Source: Eledone cirrhosa (taxonomy: Eukaryota). Taken from it: a stretch of 64,000 nucleotides of DNA. The position numbers and the translations under genes are program-made. Of this stretch, positions 30,750-44,210 are shown piece after piece (position 1 is the stretch's first letter; each line of letters starts with the position of its first letter). The notes beneath the pieces were generated by a model that made no database searches, had not been told where the DNA came from, and saw nothing but the letters and a program-made list of their open reading frames with translations. Where the stretch lies: NCBI GenBank assembly GCA_964016885.1, contig OZ024741.1, positions 217,930,001 through 217,994,000 of the forward strand. Reading direction: 5' to 3'.

Positions 30750-32217
30750 CATAGATTGAGTTAGAAACTTAAAATAGTCTTTTACAATTAAATAGCTCAA
30801 AGAAAGGAATCTTTCCGAGCCGTGTAATTGAATATATGAGAGAGATGAACACAGAGATAATTATACATGTGTTCCAATTGCAAATGATCAAGTTAGCTAG
30901 GTTGAAAAAAATACTAACTTAAAATAATATGGTTTGCCTGACTCGATTTAAAGTAATAAATCAATAAAAATAACAAACCTATATCGGGCAACTGCCTTTG
31001 ATACCCAGACAGACCTAAATCTGTTTCGCAAGAATTATTAAGTGAAAGCCACCATTCTTGTGTTCTTCAGTAGGTATCCAAAAATTAGCACCTTTCACTT
31101 CAAAGGATCTAAGAAGACTGAACAATATGCTGATATAAAAGCACATGTTACAGCGCCTAGTGCGTCTCATACTCATGCCGCTAAAAATAGCAGCTGGGTT
31201 TATGAGACTAAAGTTTATGAGACTACGTAAGGAGCCGAGAATATCATAGATTGAGTTAGAAACTCAAAATAGTCTTTTACAATTAAATAGCTCAAAGAAA
31301 GGAATCTTTCTGAGCCGTGTAATATAATTGAATATATGAGAGGGGTGAACACAGATATAAGTATACATGTGTTCCAATTGCAAAGGACCAAGTTAGCTAA
31401 CTTGATTCTTTGCAATTGGAACACATGTATACTTATATCTGTGTTCATCTCTCTCATATATTCAATTATATGTATATATATATATATATGTGTATATATA
31501 TATATACATTTCAATGAAAAACATGTGAAGGCCAGATTCCAATAACTTCTTTTATTGTTGCAGAATACGTATTTCTGTGGCTAATTAAATTACATCATTA
31601 GGCCGTGATGTAAAACAATCGGCAACATCATCAGACGTATATATATATATATATATATATATATCATCATCATCATCATTCGTCGACTACTGCCGAGATG
31701 ACGGATCTCACTCTCATGCCCCAGAATTCCCTGTCCCCCAGGTCCTGTCTACTGATTCCCGTATCCCTAGAGATAACGTCAGGGAATGACAGCTTCCTAC
31801 TCCTAGTCAGGCTGGAGTCAGGGTTCCAGAGCAAGAGAGCGGATATGATTTCATTGCTGGCATATATATATATGGACAGAGAGAGCCTAAAGTCTTCCCC
31901 TGATTATAAAATACCATATCTTGGATAATATTTGAGATTTTACTCTTTCATTGTTTTAATTGAAAAATTTCAAGTTTAACGTTTTTTCTGAACATGTTTT
32001 ACATTTTCTCTTCTACAGGAAGTAGTTGTAATTTTCAGTAACAAAATGACATCTATGAAAGAAAAAGGGAAAGACTTTATGCTCAGCCAGTGTGCATATA
32101 TATATATTTCATAGCTGAAGGCTTTCAAAATGTTTATTTATAAACATACTGTATATCACCAGATATACAAATTCATGTATTTCATATACACACCTATGTT
32201 AGAGCTACCTCCCTTAT

Positions 32218-32290
<73 letters not shown>

Positions 32291-35200
32291 GTAGGAGGTG
32301 AGTTTTATTGTAGTACAATAAAGCAATGCAGATATCGGATAAGAAGCACTCTACAGTTTGTAGGACTGGAGTATACATAATATATATATATAAATAAAGG
32401 ATTGATCGACTTTCGTCAAATCAGACCGAGGAAACAATGTTTTCGTCAGTCTTTCCAGTTGCTTTTACTATCTATTGGTCGCAACTCCAGGTAGAAGGAG
32501 CAAAGTGAAATAAAGGACATAACGCATCGCTTGGTCCAGGAATCGAACTCACAACCTCAAGATTGTGAATCCAATTCTCCAACCACTCAGCCACACGCCT
32601 TCACACATACACATATATATATTTAAATATATATTACCCCATGCTAGCATGGAAGATAGAGTTAAACGATGATGATGATATATATATATATATGCATACA
32701 GTGTGGTTGTTTGACTTGATTTCAAACAAAACCACTTCCTTGTTGCAGTCATCAGCCTATAGACACATAGAGAGGGAAAGACAGATAGAGAGGCAGATGA
32801 ATGAAACTTACCTGTATGACACTACCATCACTGTCTCTGACTGTCAGGTCATAATTAACAACGAGGCTCTCCAGATGTTTAACTAAGCAACGTTGTAGGT
32901 ACCCTGAATGACTGGTTTTTACAGCAGTATCAATGAGGCCCTGGGGTGGAAGAGAGAGAGAGGAATAAAACATTGTACATGACAGGAGCAAGGAGACCCT
33001 GGGGTGGAGAAGAGAGAGAGATTAGAGTGGGGTATATGACAGGAACAAGGAGACCCTGGGGTGGGGAAGAGAGAGAGAAAAGAATGGGGTATATGAAGGG
33101 AACAAGAGGTCCCTGAAGTAGAGTAGACAGAGAGATTAGAGTGGGGTATATGACAGGAGCAAGAGATCCTGGAGTGGAGAAGCGAGCGAGAATAGAGTGG
33201 GGTATATGACAGAAACATGAGATCCCTGGGGTGGGGAAGAGAGAGAGACTAGAGTGGGGTACATGACAGGAGCAAGGAGTCCCTGGGATGGGGAAGAGAG
33301 AGAGATTAGAGTTGGGTATATGACAGGAGCAAGGAGTCCCTGGGGTGGAGAAGAGAGTTAGAACTGTGTGTATTGTACAGAATCACAGCAAACAACAATA
33401 GAGTTTGTGTCATTAGAAATATGGTAACAAAAGACTTAACACTGACCTCTCTACCGGCCATACAATGGATAAAATATTCTTGGGGTGAAATTCCTGTCAA
33501 GAAACGTCCAGTAATGAAGCCACCAGCCTGTGGAGAAATGTCATACTGTAGAAATGATGGCAAGAAACGTCCACTGGCCATCATCGGTGGTCTTCGTCCT
33601 TCCAGTTCAATTTGACCTAGAAGACAGGACATTTGCATAGCATTCACCTGAAATTAGTGTAAAGTATAAGATATAAATGTAGAGCATAAATGTAGAGAGG
33701 CAAGAAGGTGTGTGGCATAGTGGTTAGGGTGTTAGACTCATGATTGCAAGGTTATGAGTTTGAGAACTGGATTAGGCAGTGAGACATGTTCTTTAGTAAA
33801 ATGCTACATTTCACATTGGTTTTCATGATAGGACTGGGGTTCCTATCATTAAAACACTGAAGAAACCTCCTATGAGATACAACCTTGTAGGAAGTCAGCT
33901 AAACCTACATAGGTGTGAGCTGCAACATCATATATGTGTGTGATAGATCTGGGGCCCCCTATCATCAAAATACATCCAAAAAATCTCGTAGGAGGCCAGC
34001 TAAACCCACATAGATGTGAGATGTAAATTTAATTTAATTCTCCTCATAAATGTGATTGTGTACTATGTTGTATTTTTATTATGGGAATTAGTGGTATAAG
34101 TGAAACAAACATAACTACAGCAGGAATAGAAACTAAATCACACACATATATATATATAGACAAAACACATATATATATACAGACAGGCACACACACACAC
34201 ATATATCATCATCATCATCACCGTTTTACGACAATTTTCCCGCTAGCATGGGTTAGATGAGTTGTCTTGTTATCAGCAATGCCAGGTCACGTGACCATGT
34301 CTTGCTCATACAGAACTGATTTTGGCTTGGTTTCTACAGCTGGATTCCCTTCCTAACATCAACCTCATTTACAGTGAGTACTGGGTGCTTTTTGTTGTGT
34401 TACTAACATAACCACTTTACAGTGTAGAAGATGTTATCTTACATGCTAGGAAAACACTACTTTTTGCAAATGAAGGTACTTGGGTAAAAAAAATCAAGCC
34501 CTGAAAACTCTTTTGATGTCGCGATGGGCTCATATGATAGCGCCGATCTGTGTGACTTATTAAGATTATTCCTCCTCCACAAGCTTAAAGAGAAATTTCC
34601 TTGCCATAATATCGGCTTATACCGAGACGATGGTTTGGCAGTTTCTCATACCACCAACGGCCATAACCTTGATAAATTCCGTATTTTTAGCAGTATTAGT
34701 TATAGATGTTATCGCCACTTTAGCAGGGTGGTAGAATCAGTGGTCGTTAGTTGCCAGTGTGGTAAGTGATAGTATCCTCGTTGGATTATCTTGTTGACAT
34801 AGACGTGAGGGAAGGTCCCTCGATCTATTTACCATCTATTTACAATATTCCTTTCGTCAGGTCGCCAATTCCAGCAGCATAGATTAAAGATGTTATTGAG
34901 ACACGAGTAACATAATAACGACTTCAACCGCAGTAATTAGAGATGAAATGTTTGTTTATTTATATGGTTGAAGTTACAGATAAAAAGAGGTTACAAAAGG
35001 GAATGTGCCATTGCGCCATTAAGCCGGCGAGGCTAGGGGTGCAATATCTCACTGCTACATTATGCGTGTTGCTGGCTCGAAGTTTCTGGTACAAGAGAGA
35101 GATTCTTCAAATCTTCGCGGGGAATTTCTTCCTCAGGGCGCGTAGGGATACATCCTCTTCTACTGGCGCTGATTGGCTGAACTGAGCCAAATCACGCACA

Positions 35201-38200
35201 GAGAATGTATGTGAGCCCGCGGAATGTAGGTCACTACATCACCTCCGACCAGATTTTCAGCCGAAAATCGATAACGAAGAAACCAAGGACCCACATATTA
35301 TTAAATCAGCAAGAACAAATGCTGAAAGAGCACATCAGTGAAAAAATAATTGAGCAGAAGGTTGCATGCAAGAACAAAAAATGAGGCGCTAGGGCCGTGT
35401 TGAGCCGCTGTGTCAAATGACCAGTTGTTTTGTTGTTTATACGTGACCGCCAAAGGTCTAACAAAAAACGGATAAAGTCTGACATGGGCGAAGTTGCTGT
35501 TCTTGCATTAAATGTTAATGGTAAGCGTTGTACCAGTAGCTGTGAACGAAGCTATTATGGTAGTTTACCAGTGCTGGCAAGAAAATGATGGCCCCCAGAT
35601 GTATTGTCGAATGTGCTGTGGAGCCAGGAAAAAATGGCTGGTTGCTTTGTAAAGAACAAAAGGCAAGTTTAATCTGTAGGTGGGTTGCAGTGTAAATTCC
35701 ATAATTCGGGCGAATCCACAGAAGTGGCCGAAATGTTGACAAGTCCAGTTCAATTTGTTGCTTTCCCAGCGAGTCGGGCAAAAACAACAATACGGATGGC
35801 CGTCATGGACGATCAGTGTGCAACGAGATGCGAAGCTGTTTGAGTTCAGCTGCAATTAGTTATCTCGTGTTGCGGTGACTGTTTGAATCCAGTGGATTAA
35901 GCTCTGTGAGCTGCCAGCATCTCAACCAGGTGAAAAGGGACTCGCAGAATATTACGTTTGAAGAACATATACCAAGAACAACATGTTGGTGTGTGATAAA
36001 AAAAATGTGTGCATATGCAGGCATGTAAAACAGCAAAGAATGTGAATGAACAAAAACCATGAGCAAGCAAATAGCAAAAGAGCACAAAACAAGTAAATGC
36101 ATTCTACAAAGAAATATGTGAATGTAACAAACTGATAATTCAAAGTCAATCTAGGGGAGCAGAGAAATTGCTCAATAAGTTCAAAGTTTTTCAAAGTCAA
36201 ATAGTTCACACATCACCAGTGTACAGACACTAGTTCTATCTGAAAACTGAAAAAGAAGTTTGTTAATGCCGTTAGGGGTTAGATGTATGGTGTTTTTGTG
36301 AGATTTCGTGGCCATTTTCCCGTCCCGCCACACGGTTGTGTTGCTTATTGTTAAAGCAAAGTCAAAGAATCTTCTGTAGAGTAGGAGTCACCAAATATGG
36401 CAGTCACGTCTGACGCCATAATGGTGAGAAAACTACTGTCTCAATTTCTCGCGTCCCTGTGGTAACGAGACAGAAGGTATGGTGGTTGCGTCGGTAAAGT
36501 TACAAACCGTTTTGAAATTTCCACTACAGACTTAATCAATACCTTTGCTAACTTAAACCTAAAAATTACTATAGATACGAATCTTACTAATACTAACTTC
36601 CTTGATATCGATCTTGACCTACATACTGCCTCTTTTAAACCCTATCATAAACCCAATTAAAATTTAAGATATATACACAAAGAGTCTTGCCATCTCCCTA
36701 TAGTCTTTAAAAATCTTATTCCTAACATTAGCCGTAGGATCTCTACCTTATCTTCGTCTATAGATATTTTTAATAAAGCTGCCCCTTATTATAATAAGGC
36801 CCTCAAAAACAGCGGCTTCACAGAACAAATTAAATATTTACCTACTCCTCTTTCTAACACTAAGCACAATAACAGGAAAAGAAAAATTATTTGGTTTACA
36901 CCCCTTTCTCTCTAACTTAAAACTAATGTAGGAAGAAAATTCCTCGTACTTCTAGACAAACATTTTCCCCCAAATCATAGATATAATAAGATATTTAATA
37001 GAAATTTAGTGAAAATCAGCTACTCTTGCTGCCCGTCAATGAAAACTAAAATTACCAACTCAAATGGTACTAGAGGAAATCCAGGATGCATGCCCAATAC
37101 AGGGCAAATGTAATACCAAATCCATTGTGTATGAGGCCAAGTTGACACCTATGATTAATAACCAACTAGCCAGAAGTGAGCAATATGTTGGCATGACTCA
37201 GGATAGATTTAAAACCAGGTATTATGCACATGCCGCTTCTTTCAAACACACTGAAAAAAGAACAGCAACAGCGCTGGCAAATAAAGTGTGGGAGTTTAAA
37301 GACAGAAACATTCCATACTCTATTGATTGGTCTATTTTAGACCACTCAAAGAGAATACCAAAGGGGCACAAAGAAATGTTCTTTGTGTACCACGGAAAAA
37401 TTTAGAATTCTCCAAAACCTGAAAACCCCTCCCACTTGCCTCAACTCTAAGACCGAGATCTTCAGATGTTGTCCGCACCTGAAATCGCATCTACGTTTTA
37501 GCTGGATTAACACACCAATGATTACTCAACCACCCTGAGCTTCCTCTTTACATATTACGCCTTCCACTCACTACCAATGTCAACACCTTATGAACACTAT
37601 TTCTTACCCAGTTTATCATATAAACACATACTTTCTACCTATATATACATTTTTTCTCCCTCTTGTTTTTCTATTTATTTGATTTGATTTATAACCCCCC
37701 CCCCCTCTATTTTTTTCTACCTTACTTTTAACACATACACACCCAGATCATATAACTACATACCCTTATCCAGATCTCTTCACAAATACTTACTTTCTAC
37801 CACAATTTATACACCCCTTTTCTCCCTCACCTGGTCATCTTAATTCATTATATTATTTGATTTCAGTTATATTCCCCCATGTCCTTACATACCCACAATG
37901 TTTTTAAGTGTACTCACATATGGTTCTATGTGGGCACATATGCAAGCAGGCATATGTGTACATACACGTGTATTTATACATATATACGTGTATGTGTTTG
38001 TATGTGTGTATATATGTGTATATATATATATGTATGGAGGCACATGGCTTAGTGGTTAGAGCATTGGCCTTGCAATCGAAAGGTTGTGAGTTCAATTCTC
38101 AGACCGGGTGATGTGTTGTTTCCTTGAGCAAGACACTTTATTTCACATTGCTCCAGTTTACTCAGCTGTAGAGTGGTCGTGGCGGTGCCACAGCAAAAAA

Positions 38201-40694
38201 GCACCCAGCACTCACTGTAAATGAGGTTGGTGTTAGGAAGGGCATCCAGCTGTAGAAATCAAGCCAGAATCAGTTCCCGTCCCACCCTTGCAAGCAGGGA
38301 AAAGCGGACGTAAAATGAAATGATGATGATGTATGTGTATATATATAATATAATTGTTTCTACTTTTGGCACAAGGCCAACAATTACCCAGTATATTACT
38401 GGTACTTTATTTTATCAACCCCATAAGGATGAAAGGCAAAGTTAACCTCGGCGGGATTTGAACTCAGAACAGCAAGGGCCGTAACTCTATGTGTCAAAGC
38501 ATGGCGTCCGACCCTCTACCGGTACTGCCAATCCACCAATATTATAATATTAATTGTTCATATATAATTATAAATATTTTTTTGCACGTGGATCTGTGAG
38601 TATATCTTTTCATTTTTTGGTACCCTCCGTTTGTGTGTATATATATGCTTGCCCCTTATATACACCTACCTGCGAATGTGTGTATATATAGTTTGTCTGC
38701 CTATATGTATATACACACACACGAACGTGTATGTATGTATGCATGCGTTTGTGTGTGTATATATGTATATATATATGTATGTGTATGGATATATATATAT
38801 ATGTATGCATGTGTTGATATATTATTGTGTGTGCGTGTGTTTGTATATGTATATATATATGTGAATATATATATATCATCATCATTTCATTTTACGTCCG
38901 CTTTTCCCTGCTTGCAAGGGTGGGACGGGAACAGATTCTGGCTTGATTTCTACAGCTGGATGCCCTTCCTAACACCAACCTCATTTACAGTGAGTGCTGG
39001 GTGCTTTTTTGCCATGGCACATCCACGACCACTTTGCAGTGGAATGATAGGGACCCCCGTCCCTATCATCTCATTTCTACAGCTGAGGAAACTGGAGCAA
39101 TGTGAAATAAAGTGTCTTGCTCAAGGAAACAACACATCACCCGGTCTGAGAATTGAACTCACAACCTTTCGATTGCAAGGCCAATGCTCTAACCACTAAG
39201 CCGTGTGCCTCCATATATATATATATATATCTCTCTCTCACAGAAAAAAGAGATTCAGTGTTGCGACGAAAGGAATTTATTGGACATATTACAATTGTTT
39301 CTCGGGCAACCAGCTCGAAGCATGACCGATGTGGTGATCAAACCTGACTCTGAAACCATGCGGTCCTCGGATACATCTCGATTCTATGAAGCAGATTTTC
39401 CTACAGTCAGGTTTGATCACCACATCAATCGTGCCTCGAGCTGGTCACCCGAGAAACAATTGTAATATGTCCAATAAATTCCATTCGTCGTAACACTGAT
39501 TCTCTTTTTTCTGTGATATCATACTCTGCTCTATGAGGGCATCGAGTGCTCATACGGCCGCTTTAAGCATCCAACACCAATTATATATATATACATATCG
39601 TGTGTTTGTTTTTATACGTTGTTTGTATTTATATTTTATTATTCAATTATCCCTCCCATCTTTCATTGTCAACATGACCCTTTATGGCTTTATTTTTTTT
39701 AAATATTTATTTATTTTTTATTTTCTTATATATATTTTTTGAATTTTTATTTATATCTGTCTCCGAACTACTTCCTAACGGTTTGTACATATAAATATAT
39801 GTATGTGAATATTGGTATAGTCACGTGATATGCATGAAAGACGACAGTTGTATAATAAAGTGCAGGGTGATCAAAATTGATGGAAGTTACGGAGTAGGTA
39901 GACCCAGAAAAACCTGGGATGATTTGATAAATTCTGACCTCACACACTTACACCTCTCTAAGACATCTCATTTCTACAGCTGAGTAAACTGGAGAAATGT
40001 GAAATAAAGTGTCTTGCTCAAGGAAACAACACATCACCTGGTCCGAAAATTGAACTCACAACCTTTCGATTGCAAGCCCAATGCTCTAACCACTAAGCTA
40101 TATGTGTATATGAGTATGGAGATATATGCATGTGTGTATATATAGATTTAACGTTATTATTGAGTACTTGTGTGAGTGTGCGCCTGTGTGTGCGCATGTG
40201 TGAGTAAAAGATCACACTTTTATATGTGTGTGTTCATATTTACATGTAGACGCACGTAGACTTATGTGAGAATGTATACGTTTACGTACTATTATGTATA
40301 AGCACGTGTTTTGAGTGTGTGTATGTTTATGTTCTGGATATTTATTTATATATTTTTTCCCCCTCAATTTTTGGCCGTTATTTGATTTCAGCCTCACTTT
40401 CATATTTCCTAAACTTTGTTTTCAAATCTATATTCAATAAACATTCCTTACTATTCTTTCTGATGACTGAAGACAGATATAAATATCTGCCTCCAAGAAA
40501 CCACTGTAGCCTACATAGAACACTCTCTTTTCCTTTATCTTTCCTACGGAAATACTTCATTTATATATATGTATGTGTGTGTATATGTATATATACACAC
40601 ACACAGACACATATACAGAAAAACATGGAGAAATGCTATATATATATATACACACGCACACACACACACACATACACAAAAACATGGAGAAATG

Positions 40695-40727
<33 letters not shown>

Positions 40728-43700
40728 TTACATGAAATAAAGTTCTGTTTAAATCATTTATTTGCTTACAATTGTTTCTTCCAAACCGAGGTTTGGAGTC
40801 TTCGGAGCAATTATTCAGTGATTTTTAACATACTTGACCTCCTTTTCAACACAAGAGACATAGAAACATATGTATATATTGACCCACAGTGGGTTGACAT
40901 CCATTATAATAATATAGCATGGTAATTTACATACAAAGATTACAGTCATATTAAAGGACAAAATTAAAGTTAAAATAAAAATAAAAATAAAACATTGGCA
41001 GTCTACTAAGATAAAGCAAAAGGAAAGTTTGGAGTAGCCAGTGTATGCAACAGTCACACGTGTGGCATGCACGCGTGTCCTATTTATACAAGATTATAGT
41101 GCGGCAGATTGTTACAAAAAAAAAAAACAAGCAGTCAAAGCAGGCAATCAAGAGCATCATGGGGGCTGAACTGGTAAAGCATTATTCACACACACCTGTA
41201 CGATATAGAAGCCCGTGTGTGGATAAAACACCAAAAATATCAAAAATATTACAAATGAGAAGCGAAACAGCACCACTGTCCTCGTACACACCACCACACT
41301 AAGGGAGTATCTAATAGAATCTCTAATCTATCCTATGACGTAAACATATTTAGCAAAAACTTGCAATATTATAATCAGGCATTAGCTAGATCAGGCCATA
41401 ACATAGAGATCGAGTTCCTACCTACAAAAACACATAGCTACAACATTATTTCGCACATGTCCATGAGGAAATTTAGTAATAGGAATAGCAACTACACACA
41501 CACACTAATACGGAAGATGCAAACAAAAGTAACCCACACCACAGAAATTACCATAGTACCATAAAAGGAAACAACTCACCAGACATAAAAAACAAAAATA
41601 GAAGAAATAATACATTTTTCAACCCTCCTTTCAATCTAAACGTCTCTACCAACCTACCTAGGGCTTTCTTCTCACTACTAGATAAAAACTTCCCATCCGG
41701 CCATAAGTACCATAGCCTTTTAAACAAAAACACTATTAAAATCTCCTACTCTACTACGCCTAACATAGTATACCACATAGCTAGTAGCAATAAAAGAAAA
41801 ATTAATTCTTACTTCCAGTAAACTAAATCACAACAGACGATAAACCTTCAAAATAACATTATATCAACTAACCCTGATAACAATAGTAATAATAGTAATA
41901 GCACTAGTGTAAGCAATAACGCTGGGAACGACAACCCACATAACCATAACCCTATAGCTACCATCCAGACTTCTACACAACATAATAACCGGCAGACTAA
42001 CACCCAGAATAATTGTAACTGTAGATCAAATAGAACCTGCCCTTTAGATAAAAAATGCTTAACCAAGGATATCATATACTCATGCACAGTCACAACTAGC
42101 AACTCTTCTGAAACCTATATAGGCTCTACTTCAAACTGCTTCAAAACCAGATACAATTCGCACCTCCACTCTTTAAAAAAACACAGTCTAGCCAACTCTG
42201 CTTCACTATCTAGCTACATACACTATCTAAAAACTAAAAATAAACCATATACACTTAAATGGGAAGTGATAGGTAACGCGGCATCGTACAAACCACCTAA
42301 TAAATTTTGTAACCTCTGTCTACTAGAGACCCATACTATCATCTTCTCAAACCATAACCTCCTTAATAAAAAATCAGAAGTGTTCGCGTCTTGCCAACAC
42401 CGCTTCCGACACTCCTTCCAAAACTTTAAACCCAATATATAACAATGTCAGACTTGAACCCGTCACCACCTCTAGCAGCAATCATCAGGGGCACACCTAA
42501 CACCTCATCTCCACACCCATTAATCCACTTTAACGCAAATAGTGACATCCTCCTAGTACCTTTTACCTTGGAGATATCCCCATGTACTTCTACTTTTGGT
42601 ATATTGGCCTTCAATTGCTTAGACTACATTACACCAATGTAATCTTTAAGCACGGAATTGGTTGTGCTAACATTGTCCTGTGTATGTAGTGCCATCATTG
42701 GATAAATGGAAGATTAAGTAATTAATTTATTAACATAAAAGAGCAATATAATCTATATGCTGAGTGCAATGAATTATGTACAGGTGATGTACGAGTTATA
42801 AATACATGTATGACTTGATGGTCAGATTAGTGTCTTTGTAGGTGAGAATTGATCTCTGGACTACCCTAGTGATATTTAACTTTGCCATGCAATCAGTCAT
42901 GCAATGACCCAGAACTTACCAGGAGTCATATATAGAAGTGATTCTAATAAGACCCTGCCAGGTCCTGCGGGTGGACTACACTTACAAAGATCATTGATTT
43001 GGAGATCTGACTCTTCATGTGGAATGTTCGGTGGGGGCACTCTATGATAGAAGGTAATCATCCTAATATGAACACCTTTAGTACTTCTTGATAGACTACA
43101 CTGTAATTTATAGATAAAATACTTAAATTTAGAAATTGTTTATAACCTTATATGATGGGAACTCATTTGAGACACCATTAATGTACTTTAGGATAATCAA
43201 TTTAACTATAGAAATCAGCTAGTTACCTCCCCTTACGCATTAACTCCCCTTAATCACACGCACACTTCCGGAATAGAATACGATGTCATCTCTCAACAAA
43301 AACAACCTGCTCTATAGAATCGAATTAAAGAACGACAAGCTGGGATGTTATAGCATGGTTTACCAGGCACCCAATGTTGAATCATCGTGGATTGTGAGAT
43401 GGACATGTAGTCTATAAATTGCGTTTCCTGGATTGTGAGGGTGGTGGTGTGTACGAGGACAGTGGTGCTGTTTCACTTCTCATTTGTAATATTTTTGATA
43501 TTTTTGGTGTTTCTCCATACACGGGCTTCTATATCGTACAGATGTGTGTGAATAATGCTTTACCAGTTCAGCCCCCATGATGCTCTTGATTGCCTGCTTT
43601 GACTGCTTGTTTTTTTGTAACAATCTGCCGCACTATAATCTTGTATAAATAGGACACGCGTGCATGCCACACGTGTGACTTGCATACACTGGCTACTCCA

Positions 43701-44174
43701 AACTTTCCTTTTGCTTTATCTTAGTAGACTGCCAATGTTTTATTTTAATTTTAACTTTAATTTTGTCCTTTAATATGACTGTAATTTTTGTATGTAAATT
43801 ACCATGCTATATTATTATAATGGATGTCAACCCACTGTGGGTCAATATATACATATGTTTCTATATGTCTCTTGTGTTGAAAAGGAGGTCAAGTATGTTA
43901 ACAATCACTGAATAATTGCTCCGAAGACTCCAAACCTCGGTTTGGAAGAAACAATTGTAAGCAAATAAATGATTTAAACAGAACTTTGTTTCAGGTAATC
44001 TCTATATAACTGTTCTGTAAAACTATTGATGTTGTTACATTGAGCTATTTATCTTACTGGTAATAAGATAGTAATAAATTACTGTCTTTCACTTTTAGGG
44101 TATAATATATATATAACTATAAAAGGTTTTAGTATATACATAACCATAAATAGTATCCTTAATACTATTAATAC

Positions 44175-44210
<36 letters not shown>

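Noticed and set aside
29629-30764. Long ORFs on both strands (325 aa M/V/I-rich, 274 aa S/P-rich, His-rich)
   Set aside because: Artefacts of a stop-poor trinucleotide minisatellite inside an intron
38560-38875. Y/I/C/V-rich ORFs here and at 40569 and 47700
   Set aside because: Translations of (TA)/(CA)/(TG) microsatellites
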